Counted from the stretch's first letter, positions 1 through 13,967 are shown. The stretch is 64,000 nt of DNA from the human T2T-CHM13v2.0 reference genome, Homo sapiens (GCF_009914755.1 NC_060935.1); one strand, 5' to 3'. The notes: generated by a model not told the origin, from the letters alone. Made by a program: numbers and translations.

Positions 1-159
1 CAGTCTTTCACCCTCCACATATTTCTTCCTTCCTTCCTGAAGTTTCTCTTTTTAATTCCAAAGAATAGCTTCTGAAAAGTTGGAGGAAAGCCAAATTTTT
101 ATTTCATTTTCTCTCTATTGTTACTTCAGGTAGTCATACTCAGAACTAGTGTGGCTAAA

Positions 160-300
160 TGCAGTGAGGATAATATAAGTCTTCGAAGTTAGATGTCAAT
201 AGGTTCAAGTCCCTGCATTCTCTCTTTGCACGTGTGTGACTTGGAGCAAGTCACTTACTCTCTCTTAACCTCAATTTTCTCATCTGCAAAACCATGGCAA
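160..300 (+). mobile_element. MIR SINE fragment
   Basis: MIR core-like tgtgtgacttggagcaagtcacttactctctcttaacctcaattttctcatctgcaaaa; boundaries approximate. Confidence 0.7.
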
Positions 301-1499
301 TTATAGCTTTTCAGTCAATGTAACATATGAAGTGTAGTTAAATAGTACACAATTTGAAGTAAGATTCTTTATCTGCTTGAGCTTCAATTCCCTAATTTAA
401 AAAATATAGGGAGAATTGTAGATAACGTCTTAAGATAATATAAGCATTAAATTTAGATAATGCATGCTAACATTTCTCGTCCTCAATACTAAACATGATA
501 AATTTTCTTCCCCTTTTTTAGAAAGGGTATTTCTGTTTCTTCTTTGTACAGGAGGTAGAAGTTTACTTCTAACAATGTTAGAATTGAAAATAATCTTAGA
601 GATAATACAATTTCAAAGCCCTTATTTCCATGAAGATAGAACGCTGAGGTGCAAAAACCCAAAATGTAAGTTGTATGATTCAAGACTGCCTGGAAGTTTG
701 TGTGCCTCTCAAACCACTGTATTTTTCTGCCACGAACTGTATAAGATTGAGTAGAAATCTCCTTAGGCCTCTAACAGTGCAACTGCTCTATCTGACTCTT
801 CAGGAAAGATGGCGATCACTAATTCTAGGCTCACTTCATTACTGCTGCTTGCTATGAGAAGCTAGTACTGTCTTCCCTGCTGCTCTCTTGCAGCCTAACT
901 GTTCAGAGTAATGAGGTCTAACTGGAAGCTCCAAGTTTTTCCTCAGTCATTGTAACTTTTTATGCTTCCTTTGCCTGAACTGCCTTCTGTCAATAGAAAT
1001 CAGGTTGAGAGCCGTCCTTTCCAAGCAGCCCAGCCAAGCTCTGCATTTTTAACATCATTTCACCAGACCTTGAACGGATCTCTGCTTGGGCTGAATAAAT
1101 TGTCAGAATAGAGTTCAAATATGTCACAATTTGATAATAATCAGCTGGAGCTCTCACAGGAGGAGAACAATGAGTTGCCTTTCTACAAATATCTAGGCTG
1201 GGTCTGTAAAGGGCAGGCATTGGCCTTATTTCTCCTTGAGGTGGGATTTGCACGGCCCATAAGGGCCCTTCACTATTTAGAGTTGTACAGCCATCTTCAA
1301 CTGTGCACAACCCAAAGGAAGCAAATCATCTTCTCCTTCAAATGTATTCTTCCTGGATGTCTCAGTACCACCATCTTACCATCCTATGAACACGGAAAGA
1401 AGTGTCAAAGTCTGATAGGCAAATGTGAGGGAAGAAACTTTGCAAGGGAAAGCTAAAGTAAAGTGTGTTCTGTGAACTAACACTGATCTAAGAGTTGAT

Positions 1500-1640
1500 C
1501 TCTTTTAACAATCAAACAGACCTTTGAGATATCATTCCTATTTCACAGATGAGAAAACTGAGGCATAGAGAATTGTGATAACTTGCTGAAAGGCACAGGT
1601 CTGCTAAGAATGGAATTAATTGACTTTACAGCTCATGAAT
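1500..1640 (-). mobile_element. MIR SINE fragment
   Basis: Reverse MIR core tttcacagatgagaaaactgaggcatagag...aacttgctgaaaggcaca. Confidence 0.7.
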
Positions 1641-2464
1641 GATCATATAAATCTGTATTTATTGCCAAATATATATTCATTAATATGTATATTAGAAAAA
1701 AAATTAAATACTGTGAAGGACAAATATTAGCATAAAGCTACTTTTGTATTTAAATTATGTCTTTATAAATATGATCACTCTAATATATTTATCATATTAA
1801 CAACGTGACTTACTAACTTTTACCAACTTAATAGTCTACAAACTTGTTTAAGTTTTCTCATCTCCCTTCATTTTCCCCAATTTTAGATTTCTGATTGCTT
1901 AAAACATTCAAAATGATATCAAATAAAGCTCAATACAGACACTAGCAGGGAGGACTATAATACATGATTCGAAATGAAAATTCCTAGTAATTGAGGTAAC
2001 CACTATTTATATAATGCTTTATAGGTTATCAAGCCTATTTTTCTAGATAACTTCACTTATCCTGACAAAAAATGCTATCAGAACATATTTAGTCCTTTTT
2101 TAAAAAAATAGCTAACACTGAAGCATGAAAATAAGAAATGTGCATTGCCATAGATGCCAACTCTCACCTTTAAAATTGGGAATGGAGGCTTAGAGAAGTT
2201 AAGCAATCTTGGATACTCAGACAATAGTGTTGGGGTTGAGATACCTACTTGGTTTAGTCTTACTCTGATTCATGTCCCTTCTGCTAAAGCATTTTGCCTC
2301 CCTCAAAGTAATCAATGACTTATCCCCACTATTACTCTCTCATCACAAAACATGGCTACATTCAGTGTGGAATCCCTTCATCCTTGGAATTATTCTTTCC
2401 TCTAAAATTTAGCTAATATTGGTGGCTGATGCATTTCAATTAGGATCAACATTTGTGATAAGGG

Positions 2465-2962
2465 TATGATAAGACTGCAAAAATGACCACAAATTGTTCC
2501 TCCCCATCTATAGCCTTTGTAAATGTGCTCCCATACTGACACTGAGAATGACCTTGTTACTTCCTTGACTAGTGAGACATTAGTAAATGGTTAGAGGAGA
2601 GAAAGTCTTGAAAAGTGCTTATTCCTGAGGATGTGCTACTCATGGGACCCCTATCACTGCCACAATGTGAAGAAGACTGGCTAGCCTGGTTAAAAATGAA
2701 GCACAATATGTTCCTGGAGCCTTTCATCCTGGCTGAGTATGTCACTGCCAGATTGGGGGGAGGTCATTCCAGATAGTTTAGCCACCACCTGACTGTCAGT
2801 TAACTTGAAATAGATGAGAAAGCCTAGAAGAGATCTGTGAAGCCAAGCCAGACCAGAAAAAGTTCCCAGATGTCCCACAGAATCATGAGCTGCTTTAAGT
2901 GGGAGTTGCTTTAAGCCACAAAATTGCAGTGTGTTTGTGACACATAAAAAGTTATCTAATGC
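2465..2962 (+). mobile_element. MaLR solo LTR, MLT1 (F/G/H-like)
   Basis: 5' agactgcaaaaatgaccacaaattgttcc and 3' gttgctttaagccacaaaattgcagtgtgtttgtgacaca resemble MLT1 ends; subfamily uncertain. Confidence 0.6.
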
Positions 2963-3421
2963 CAAAGGTCTATATTTTCCCCCCAGCAGGCATTTGCTGT
3001 TAAAGAGTAGCTGTACTTTCAAGATTTCTTAAGCTTGATGCACAGGCTAAATGGGCCTGCTGGTCTCCTCTCTCTAAGATTCTTAGAATTCCTCAAACAT
3101 AACATAATTTTTTAATTCTAGTCCTTGTCTATTTTCGATTTTCTGCAACCTAGAATATTCTACGTTTCATCAAACCTTGGTACAGCACCTTTAGTTGTTT
3201 ATTTTACAGTTGTGCAATGTGTTTCTTTTTATGTTTCCTTAAAGCCTGTGACTTCAGAGTAGAGCATAAATAGTATATATTCACACGGCTCCATAAACAA
3301 ATTGCTTTTGTCTACTTATGTTTTAATGTAGAAATTTATGAACATGTTTTGATTATGTATGAGTTTGTTTGAGATGATGTCTCAAAAAAATTTTTTTTGG
3401 TCTGTTTATTTTCATGAGTAG

Positions 3422-3772
3422 TGATATGGTTTGGCTGTGTCCCCACCCAAATCTCATCTTGAAATGTAGCTCCCACAACTCCCACGTGTTGTGGAAGGGA
3501 CTCAGTGGGAGGTAATTGAATCTTGGGGGCAGGTTTTTCCTGTGCTGTTCTTTTGATAGTGAGTAAGTCTCATGAGATTTGATGGTGTTATAAAAGAGAG
3601 TTCTTCTGCACAAGCTCTCTCTTGCCGGCCGCCATGTAAGATGTCCCTTGCTCTTCCGCCATGATTGTGAGGCCACCCCAGCCATGTGGATCTGTGAGTC
3701 AAACCTCTTTCCTTTATAAATTACCCAGTTTGGGGCATGTCTTTATTAGTAGCGTGAGAACAGACTAATACA
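3422..3772 (+). mobile_element. THE1 (MaLR) solo LTR, THE1B/C-like
   Basis: Starts tgatatggtttggctgtgtccccacccaaatctcatcttgaa, ends gagaacagactaataca; 5-bp TSD agtag (3417-3421)/ggtag (3773-3777). Confidence 0.92.
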
Positions 3773-4319
3773 GGTAGTGAGAGGTAACTTAAAAAAACAA
3801 AATGTCATGACTTAGAAAAGTTGCTGTTGAGCTGCTTCTTACTTGGACAACACTACGTAGCTTTCCTTGGGATAAGTTTAACCAGTTACCTATGTTTTAC
3901 TCAGCCACATAGAGGATACTAGCTAAGATGCTTTGCATTTACACCCAACTCCAGACTAAAATTTTCTCTCTCAGAGTTCAGGATAAAACACATCATTGGT
4001 AGCCTAGCACTGTGGTTAAGAACATGCAACGGCCTGGGGCCAAGGTACTACCACTACCTCCCTGGATATTTAGTTAATATTTGTAACGGTACTTGGTATG
4101 CATCTAGTATGAATTCTCAGTAATGCATTAGTTACATTAATTTATTTATTTCAGTGAAAGATGTTTGGGGAACGTAAATCAGTGGGTATGATTATCTGAA
4201 GCACTCTATCAGCAGTAATCTCAATTCTCTTTTATACCCCCCATCAGACAAAACTCCAATTTTGACTCATTTTTATAGTCTGTAATTCCAGCCCAATACC
4301 TTGCTCTTGACGTGGACTG

Positions 4320-4580
4320 AGTGTCATGTAGAGACTAAGACCATGGGCTCTGAAGTCAGATACTTGGATTTAAATATTCATTAAATATTCATGGCAGCAC
4401 TGTTTTGTTACAAAACTCTAGGAAACTTAAATAACTGAGGCATAGTATCTTCATCCATAATATGGGGGAAATAATCACATGTTTTTCATGTTGTTGTTTT
4501 AAAAGGTAAATACAAATATAAATGCTAACTGCTAAAATCAGTGTTTGCAATATACTAAGCACTGGTAATTTACTGTGAAT
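4320..4580 (+). mobile_element. MIR SINE fragment
   Basis: ggctctgaagtcaga...cttcatccataatatggggga...taagcact pattern of degraded MIR. Confidence 0.55.
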
Positions 4581-4629
4581 ATGATTATACCCAGATTGCT
4601 AAGTGTTGCTAATAAAGTCAACTAAAATA

Positions 4630-5051
4630 TAGCCATGTACCACACAACAATGTTATGTTCAAAAACAGACCAAATATAGGACCGTGGTACCATAATAATA
4701 CTGTTTTTTATGCATCTTTTCTATGTTTAAATATATTTAGATGCACAATACTTACAATTGTGTTATAGTTGCCTACAGTACATGCTATAGTGTACAAACT
4801 TGTACATGCTCTATAAGTTTGGAGCCTAGAAGCAATAGGCTATAACATGTAGCCTAGGTGTGTAGCAGGCTACACTGTCAAGGTTTGTGTAGGTACACTG
4901 TATGATGTAGGTACACTGTATGATGTAGGTACACTGTATGATGTAGGTACACTGTATGATGTAGGTACACTGTATGATGTTCACATAGGTAGAAAATCAC
5001 TTAATAATGCATTTCTCAGAACATATCCCTGTGTTAAGTGACACATGTCTG
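4630..5051 (+). mobile_element. Tigger3a-like (TcMar-Tigger) non-autonomous DNA transposon
   Basis: Degenerate TIRs tagccatg...catgtctg; internal agcctagaagcaataggctata...agcctaggtgtgtag and gcatttctcagaacatatccc; about 350 bp after removing the extra internal repeat units. Confidence 0.8.
4889..4980. repeat. Perfect 18-bp minisatellite (gtaggtacactgtatgat)x5
   Basis: Five identical units starting at 4889, 4907, 4925, 4943 and 4961. Confidence 0.97.
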
Positions 5052-5374
5052 CATATACTGGAGCTACCACAAGGCCATGCCTTCCCAATTCACCTGGATT
5101 GTATGATTATTTTCATTTTACTTAACTCTTTGTTTTTTCAAAGGTTAATTCAAATAGCATTGTATTTTAAAAAGGCATGGATTTAATGAAAAATATATAG
5201 ATTCATATCTAAGCTCTATTTTTTGCTGAATGAATAAACTTGAACAATGTAACTCCTTTGCATCTTAGTTTATTAATCTATAAAGATGAGTAACAAGATA
5301 TAACTCCTACAATTAAAGAGTAAATGAAAAATCATATGTAAAACGTCTGACACAGATACTCTCAACATTTATAA

Positions 5375-5727
<353 letters not shown>

Positions 5728-6609
5728 TCAACAATTAAGTATATTTTTAGAAAGTGGTAGAAAATTGGTAAAGCTTTATTTTAATGATGAGATTTCACAA
5801 CTAAGTGGAATATGGCTTCCTATTAGTGGAAATCAAATTGGTAGTATTAGTTCCTATTGCCATAGTAAGCATAACTTAGCAACAAGAAAAAGAGAGGAGA
5901 ATACCTGTTGTACCAATGTGATGCTGCTCTGCTCACATTTTCATTCAATAATATTTCAAGAATTCTATTATTGATAGATCAAAGTGATGATTGGAATTAA
6001 GACAATACTGCCTATCAGTTATATTGAATTGTTCTATTTATTATAACACCCAGATTGCCCTAATTTTATTGGAGTAATAGCTGCACTACAGTACTTTTCT
6101 AGTAATAGTGCATAGCAGCCCCTTTCCAGCAACAACCGAATATTCTATATTACATAAAAGTGCAGACCTCAAAAAACAAGTAGGAATTTCTGTAAATGTA
6201 AATATCAGGGCAGTGAGGGCCAAAAGTAACTGAAAATTCTATGAAGTCATTTGATTTGCAAGAGAAGAAAAAAGAACAGATTACTATCTAAAGATTATAA
6301 AGAGACATAAAAGACACACTTTTCCTGCTTTGGAATGTATCCATTTTTACCTTCGTCACCCTTGGTTAAATGGGCTCCAATATTATACAAAGTCTTTGAT
6401 GTGAAATATTCATTTCTTCATTCTACTCAGAATCTACTGTATTTAAGGCATTTTGCTGGGTTTTTGTTAAGCAATAATTGACAAAAATATTCAAATTTTA
6501 ATTCTATCATTCCTTTAAAAATCAAATATGCAAGTACCTGCAGAAAACTATTATTTTTCAACTATAAAAATGATTTTTATCACTCTGGAGATTCAAAGAC
6601 ATACACAAA

Positions 6610-6612
<3 letters not shown>

Positions 6613-6650
<38 letters not shown>
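6613..6650. repeat. (GT)19 microsatellite
   Basis: Direct read. Confidence 0.95.
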
Positions 6651-6653
<3 letters not shown>

Positions 6654-6654
6654 T

Positions 6655-6930
6655 AATTGCTAATATTTATTGAATGTGCCTCATACAAAAAGCATGCTTT
6701 TAAGCTCCTCACATTTATTAGGACGTTTAATCTTTCTAATGACATTATGAGATGGGTACTAATTATCCCCACTTTATAGAATAATTAGATATTATAACTA
6801 TCTCCATTTATAGGTGAGAAAACCAAATGACAAATGAATTAGGTAACTTGCCTAGAGTCATATATCTCATAAAGTAGTGAAAAATTGATAGGGAACCCTG
6901 ACAGTCTGACCACATGCTCACATATTGCTT
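6655..6930 (-). mobile_element. MIR SINE
   Basis: taatatttattgaatg...ctccatttataggtgagaaaacc...aggtaacttgcctagagtcata. Confidence 0.7.
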
Positions 6931-8921
6931 GATAGTTAATGAAATACATAATATAGGACCTTGAATTTGGAGATATTCAATGAACACCGGTTCAGTGCCT
7001 AATGAGGCACTTGGTTTTCAAGCTGAACAAAAGCCCAGAGAACTCCTGGCCCTACCTTCTTATTATTATACAGTTGAAACATCTGAGTCACCAATATATA
7101 AGATTTGCTCAAAGTTACAACATGGCAGAGCTGTAACCCAAACTCTGATCTTCAGACCTCTTGAGCTATACTGAAATTTTATGGTACTCTACTGCTACTG
7201 TCAATTACACACATTAATTTGTTATATAAATATCAGCAAAAATGAGCACAGAAGTTGGGATAGAATATCAGAGTTCTTATTTTTAGCATATGTTTATTTT
7301 TACAACTGCATCAAATAATCTTGATTGCAAAGTAAATTGGTTTTGAGGGCTGACAATTTCAATCTAAATCAGATTTCAAGGGTAATATTTTCAATCCAAG
7401 AAAATAAATCATATGAAAGAGAATGACCACTGCATCCTTTACTAGCCATTAAGTATCCTACCATGACGCCTTCTGAGCACACCCTGAATTTAACTTCTTC
7501 ATCAGTGGGAAGCAAATTCATCATAAGTGACATTCTGTGTTTTTTTATTACACAACTGTTTTTCGTTTTGTTTTTGTTTTCATTTTTATTTGACTGGGTG
7601 CTTTATTTCTTCTCTTATTCTGCCTTTGTAAAATCTTCACCTTCTGTGCACCAAGCTGAAAAGTGGAAAGTCCTGTCGTTTTTTCCCCCCTCCTTTGTAG
7701 AATACCAATAAAATCTCCATCTGTGTTAAAAAATTAATATTGCTGTGCAGATTGAGTACAAAAACGTTCCTAGGCAAGCTTCAAATAAGTTTTGGTGATT
7801 CCATTAAATCTTTTTAATAGCCCTTGTCAAGCCAAACCCCATGTTCTCAGAGAAAATGACTTGCAGTATTTCTTCCACATAAGTATTTGACTTTTTTCAC
7901 AAAACAGCCTAAAGCTAAAATAATAGATAATTAGTTTGGTTAAGACCAAATTAATTAAAACTCACTGGCTAACTTTCTTCGTGTAGCATTTAACAGATGT
8001 GCATGTTTTAACACAGAACAAGAAATCTAACTTAATAGATTCATTCTGTAACTTATTGGACCACATGAGAATTCTGTGTTTTCTGGATCAAGAGTGATTT
8101 TCAAATTACAAATCTGGAAAGAAATTGTGACATGGAGTTGGAATTCTGCTGTCCTGTGATTGTAATCAGAGTCCTCCTACAGAACTGTCAATAATCTATT
8201 GTTCTCTGGGTGGCTCAGAGTGTTCAGGGATTATTTATGGTTTCCCCATGAGGGGTAAAGCTAATCAATGCTTGAATTAAACCTTCCCTGTCTAGGTTTT
8301 AGTGTATGGAATATTTTCATATACACTGGCAGAAAAGTTATCAATATTGCATCCAAATGAGGGTATGTAGTAAATGCTCAGAGGATATTACAGACTAAAA
8401 TGTGAAGATGGATCCAAGAGAAAATTTGTAGTCCCAGGGGAAAGAAAGATTTCAAATTAGCTCTTAGCGTTTGTGACCATCCTTCCACAAGACCACAAAG
8501 GATTTTTTTTAATATAAGCAAAATTAAAATAAAGCATGCAAAAGATGAAAAAAATTAAAAACAAAATAAAATAGAGGATAGAATAGAGAAGGTTGAGCAT
8601 AGATCACTTCAAAAAAAGTTTACCTGCCATTATTCTGCATCAGGCACCATATTCTGTGCTAGGCATACAGACTGTACAGGTAGTAAGGGCAGCAGACACA
8701 TGAATAATCAATTAAAGTTCAATGCAATAAGTACTACCATAAAAAGATGTATATACAGTGTTGAGGGGAGATACTAAAAATGAAACTTGCAATGGTAGGG
8801 CCCATGAGAAGAGGTAATAGTTTCTTTTTAAAATTCTATTTTCATTCTTAGCAAAGTCCCTCAGTTCCTCAGTTGTCATCTCTAGTTTGAGGTTTTATTT
8901 CCTAGAGGACTTCAAATCTTT

Positions 8922-9215
<294 letters not shown>

Positions 9216-9239
9216 CAAGGACTTCAAATCTTTCAATTG

Positions 9240-11400
9240 TTTCCTCTGTTTCTGGCTTCATTGTTCTAAATTCTGTTAATACCGTTTTCATCTGCTTTTG
9301 ATTTTTGACATTATCTATTGAAAGCTTCTTGCTAACACATTTTCCACCATTTTGTTTTTTTTCAGTATATAGTTACCACTTTTTATGACTCTGAAAATAC
9401 TGATGAATCAAGTTGAAAACTGTAATTATGTTTATTTTTTTCCTTTTTTTGTTTTCCTTCGACAAAAAAAATTCTGGATTCTAATTATTTTTTAGTTTGT
9501 ATTTATGAACTTATTGTTAAATTATTTGAAATGCCCCTAAGAACTATAAAATATATACTAATATTATCTTCTGAATGCTTGAATTCCTCAAATATACTAT
9601 CAGTTAATTTTCTGGTTGTTGTTTTTGTTAGGTTGTGTTTTTTCCTTTGTCGCCTACCACTGCATGTCCCAGAATTCTCCATCCTCCTACCCCAACATGG
9701 ACTTTTGGCTCCGTATCCCTTCTACACAATCAGTCTTCTGGTTTTTTTCTTTGACTTCACCCTAGGGTTTTCTTCTCTGTTTTCTGATATTAGTTCCCCT
9801 GTGTAGCTGACATTTGTGATTCTATCTGGTATATGAAGACATATGAGGCCTTTATATGCAAGTGAAATACCATACTTTGTAAAACAGACTCACAAAATAG
9901 AAGCCAAAATGGCCAAATAAAGAATTTCCTGGCCTCCCTTACAACAATGGCATGCACATGACCTGGTTTCCATAAATAAGATCCATCAACTTTGGACTTT
10001 GAATTAGGAGCTGTTGACACAATTAAACAGGAACCATGCAGCTCAATCCTGTTGTGGCAGTTGCAGCAGCAGTGGGAGGAGTTGCAATTTTAACAAACCA
10101 TATCTGCTGCTGGAGGTTTTGGCAATAGGCTATGTGGTGTCTATGCCAACAACAGCAGTGCCTGTGTTTTCACAGATCAGCTTGGAAAATTACTGATATG
10201 TTTTAGTTTTGGCTTCTGTTTATCTTTCTGAAACTTCTATTAGTTGAATGATGGATCATTTTCATATTCTTCGTCTTCCACTTTTTCATTTTCTTTTTTA
10301 ATGAAATGTGTGTGGGGTGGGGTGGGGGAGCTTACTTCCAGAGAGAATCTCTCCACTTCGTCTTCCACCTCCTCTATGATTTCTTCTCTAAATTTACCAT
10401 TTATATTTTTAATTTTAAACAATGCTTTCTTGATTTTCCATTGTTCCATCATTATTTTGGTGTTTGTAATGTTGTATTGGTTTATGAATATGACATATTT
10501 TTAACTCTTTATGCATAGTATTTATAGATTTTATTTATTTACATTTTTTTCTGGCCCCCATATATTTTCTTTGCTTTGTATGAGTACTTATCTTCTGTGT
10601 TTTCTTCCTCCTTTCTTGTGGAGGCTTTATTCATATATAGGCTTATTTTTGTATTTCTCTTCATAGTTAAGAGTAAAGTGCTGAAAAGCTGATTTAGAGT
10701 CAACATATGTAGACAGAGCTATTGACTGCTATCCTTGTCTATACGGTGATAAGGTAAAGATCTGTATTTTTCTACTAGTCTATCCCGAAATATTGGATCT
10801 GGAGATTTTTTTTGGTTCAGTTGCTCCAAAAACAATCTAATATTCTACCAGGAAAAGCATTCCTGACTACTGATGTTTTAGGTCCAGAAGAGAGAGCTGC
10901 ACACCCTGCCTTTCACTATCTGGCCCTACTCTCAGTTTTTGTCCTTATGACTCTCACTGACCTCTCCTATGCCATTTGCTCCAAGTTGGGTGATTACATA
11001 ATTTAATATGCTAGGTAATTAACCTTGCACCTGATGATGTCAGTTCAGGGAGAGGACATGGGGGCTCTCAAATCACTTTTTAAGAAGGCTGATAAACTAT
11101 CTTCTATTCTTATCTTCCAGCTTTTAAAACTACTCAGTGCCTCAGAGTTCCAATCCTCTTAGGGGTTCTGCGTGTAAGTCCATTACTTCTGTCTCTGCAG
11201 GCCCTTGGGTTGCTTCTGTAGGTATTACTATGTCATAAACATCTCACCTTCAAAAATGTATTTAACTCCACTGTTTTCTCTGCAGCCACTCTTTGTTCTG
11301 TGAGAATCTAACTTTTCTCTATTTTGCTGTTATTTTATGTGTAGTCTTGAGAATGAGCTCAGATAAATGCATGTGAAAAATCTGCCATATTATTGGGAGT
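9240..11400 (-). mobile_element. Old L1M 5'/ORF1 fragments, with a possible ERVL-type LTR remnant at about 9800-10250
   Basis: T-rich antisense L1-like text (e.g. cttcgtcttccacctcctctatgatttcttctc); highly degraded. Confidence 0.4.
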
Positions 11401-11554
11401 GCCTATATAAATTTTAAAAGATGAGTAAGATCCCACTAAGTAGGTAAGAATGAGAAAGTAATGGGAATGGCATTCCATATTGTTAAAGGGATAAACCAGA
11501 GTAGACAGTTTAGTTGAAAATACACAAGTAATTAAATGTAGTTAGAACAGAATA

Positions 11555-12075
11555 CCCAGCCATCCCATTACTGGGTATATAACCAAAAGATTATAAATCA
11601 TGCTGCTATAAAGACACATGCACACGTATGTTTATTGCAGCACTATTCACAATAGCAAAGATTTGGAACCAACCCAAATGTCCATCAATGATAGACTGGA
11701 TTAAGAAAATGTGGCACATATACACCACGGAATACTATTCAGCCATGAAAAAGGATTAGTTCATGTCCTTTGTAGGGACATGGATGAAGCTGGAAACCAT
11801 CATTTTTAGCGAACTATTGCAAGGACAGAAAACCAAACACCACATGTTCTCACTCACAGGTGGGAACTGAACACTGAGAACACTTGGACACAGGGTGGGG
11901 AACATCACACACTGGGGCCTGTCGTGGGGTGGGAGGAGTGGGGAGGGATAGCATTAGGAGACCTACCTAATGTAAATGATGAGTTAGTGGGTGCAGCATG
12001 ACAACATAGCACATGTATACATATGTAACAAATCTGCACATTATATACCCTATATACCCTAGAGCTTAAAGTACA
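11555..12075 (+). mobile_element. 5'-truncated L1PA (L1PA6/7-like) 3' end
   Basis: End of ORF2 (cccagccatcccattactgggtata...aaagacacatgcacacgtatgtttattgcagcactattcac) and G-rich 3'UTR to cctagagcttaaagta. Confidence 0.93.
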
Positions 12076-12290
12076 TTTATATATATATTTATATATAAAA
12101 TAAATATATATATTTATTAATATATATTTATAAATATATATTATATATATATTTTTATATATAATAGATTTATAAATATATATTATATATATTTATATAT
12201 AATAGATTTATAAATTTATATATATTTATATATAATATATTTATATATAAATATATATATAATATATATTTATATATATATATATATAGA
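12076..12290. repeat. AT-rich (TA)n-type low-complexity tract at L1 tail
   Basis: About 215 bp almost exclusively A/T. Confidence 0.9.
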
Positions 12291-13696
12291 AATAGAAAAA
12301 AAAGAATAGAATATACCTAAGTGCAAGATAGAAGTTTGTGGGGAGGAAGGGTTGTAAATCTGGGTAGACATGAAAAATCGAGCTAGATGTTGAAGGGCCT
12401 TTTTTCTCATAAGACATTTGACTGTCAGCCTATAGGCAACCAGAAGAGTAATTCAATGCACTTGAAGGAGTAAAGACTTAATTAGGCAGAGTAGTGTACT
12501 GACCAAAAGTTAAAGCTTTGTAACCATACAGGTGAGAATATAAACCTTCCTACAGGGCCATCTTAAGGTAAATTGGCTAATATCCCTGGATCTGTTTCTT
12601 CATCTATAAAGGGAGGATTAGAATATAAAAATTAAATATTTGTCCTGAGGAACAGATAAAGTAACACTTATAAAGCATTTTTTAGCGCAGTGTCTGGCCT
12701 GTAGTAAATGTATAGTTAATTATAGGCAGTTCTCGATTACTCTGCGAAAAACGTGGAGGATGGATAGAGACAGTGTAATGCTGAAGAAAGAAGAGAAGCT
12801 ATAGTTATTTCAAGAATCTGAGAAAAAGACAAGACATTTTGGAAAGGGTGAAGGAAAAGAAAAAGTCTATAATGGTACTCAGGTTTGTGGCTTAAGGATC
12901 TGAATGAATGACAATTATATATTTCTAAATAAGTGAGGTAGAAATGTTTGATGATGTGTTAATCCACGGGTAATAAACAAGTATCAGGGAAATTCAAAAA
13001 TGGGAGAGTAAATATTTTGGTGTAAGGAGAAAGTTTCAGTGTAGCAACCTACCCTTGAACATTTGGAGTGATTCAATAGATGGAGAAGGATGGGAACTCA
13101 TAACTTGTGACCCGTGAAACCTAATCTCACCAAGACTGTCAATCAATTTCCTTTTTCATTTTCCATTAGTAACCTCTTGTCTTCATTTTATTTAAATAAT
13201 AATCAACACTTCCTTGACTCCATCTCTAATCTCATCTATCTGGATGAAAAATCTTATTTTTGAACCTAGACAAAAAAAAATTTATGGCTTTGCACCAAGC
13301 AGACTGTAGTTTGGAGAAAATCTACCATTAAGGAAGGTAGATCTTACTTTAAAATCCTGATCAGATATCAAAAGGTCCTTCAGGATTTCCTGGAAATTCT
13401 AACATATTTCTATATTGCTGTCTTATCTTTCTAAGAAAATATTTTATGAGTTCTCATTAAATTATCTTTATAATTTTCTCATTTTCAGATAAAATCTCAT
13501 CTTATTATTTGTTACAATGTACATAAAACATAAATATATGTATGTGTGTTTACATGCATGTGTCCATTTTCATGTGTGTATGTATATATGTTTTTCTTTA
13601 ATTTTTTTCTATCCCTTCCTCAATTACAGACCCTTTAAATACCTAATTTCTAAAAGCTAATTCTTTTCCATCTTTTCTTTCCTGCACAATCTAGAT

Positions 13697-13892
13697 CTTC
13701 TCTCTTCAATATTATAGCCATTTGCTGCTGCATGTGGCTGTTCAAATTAAAAATTTTAAAAATTAAAATTTCAGTTCCTTAGTCACATGAGGTTTATTTC
13801 AGGTGCTCAATAGTCACATGTAGCCAATGGCTACCATATTAAACAGCACAGACATAGAACAGTTTAATCATAAGTTATATTCGACAGCACTG
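13697..13892 (-). mobile_element. MER3-like hAT-Charlie MITE
   Basis: tcagttccttagtcaca...tttcaggtgctcaatagtcacatgtagccaatggctaccatatt...gacagcactg; perfect 8-bp TSD atctagat at 13689-13696 and 13893-13900, the length typical of hAT elements. Confidence 0.85.
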
Positions 13893-13967
13893 ATCTAGAT
13901 TAATGGATTGCATTGCCATAATTTTAAATAACATATGCTGAAGACTCCTGAATCAATTTCTCTATCT

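Noticed and set aside
3422-3772. THE1 LTR as an active DUX4-responsive promoter or poly-A site
   Set aside because: The DUX4-like site reads TAATTGAATCT (3513-3523; terminal A lost) and the ATTAAA signal appears deleted (gtgagtc-aaacc)
4889-4980. Regular short repeats superficially like a CRISPR array
   Set aside because: Head-to-tail units with no spacers, no cas genes, and primate context; it is a minisatellite
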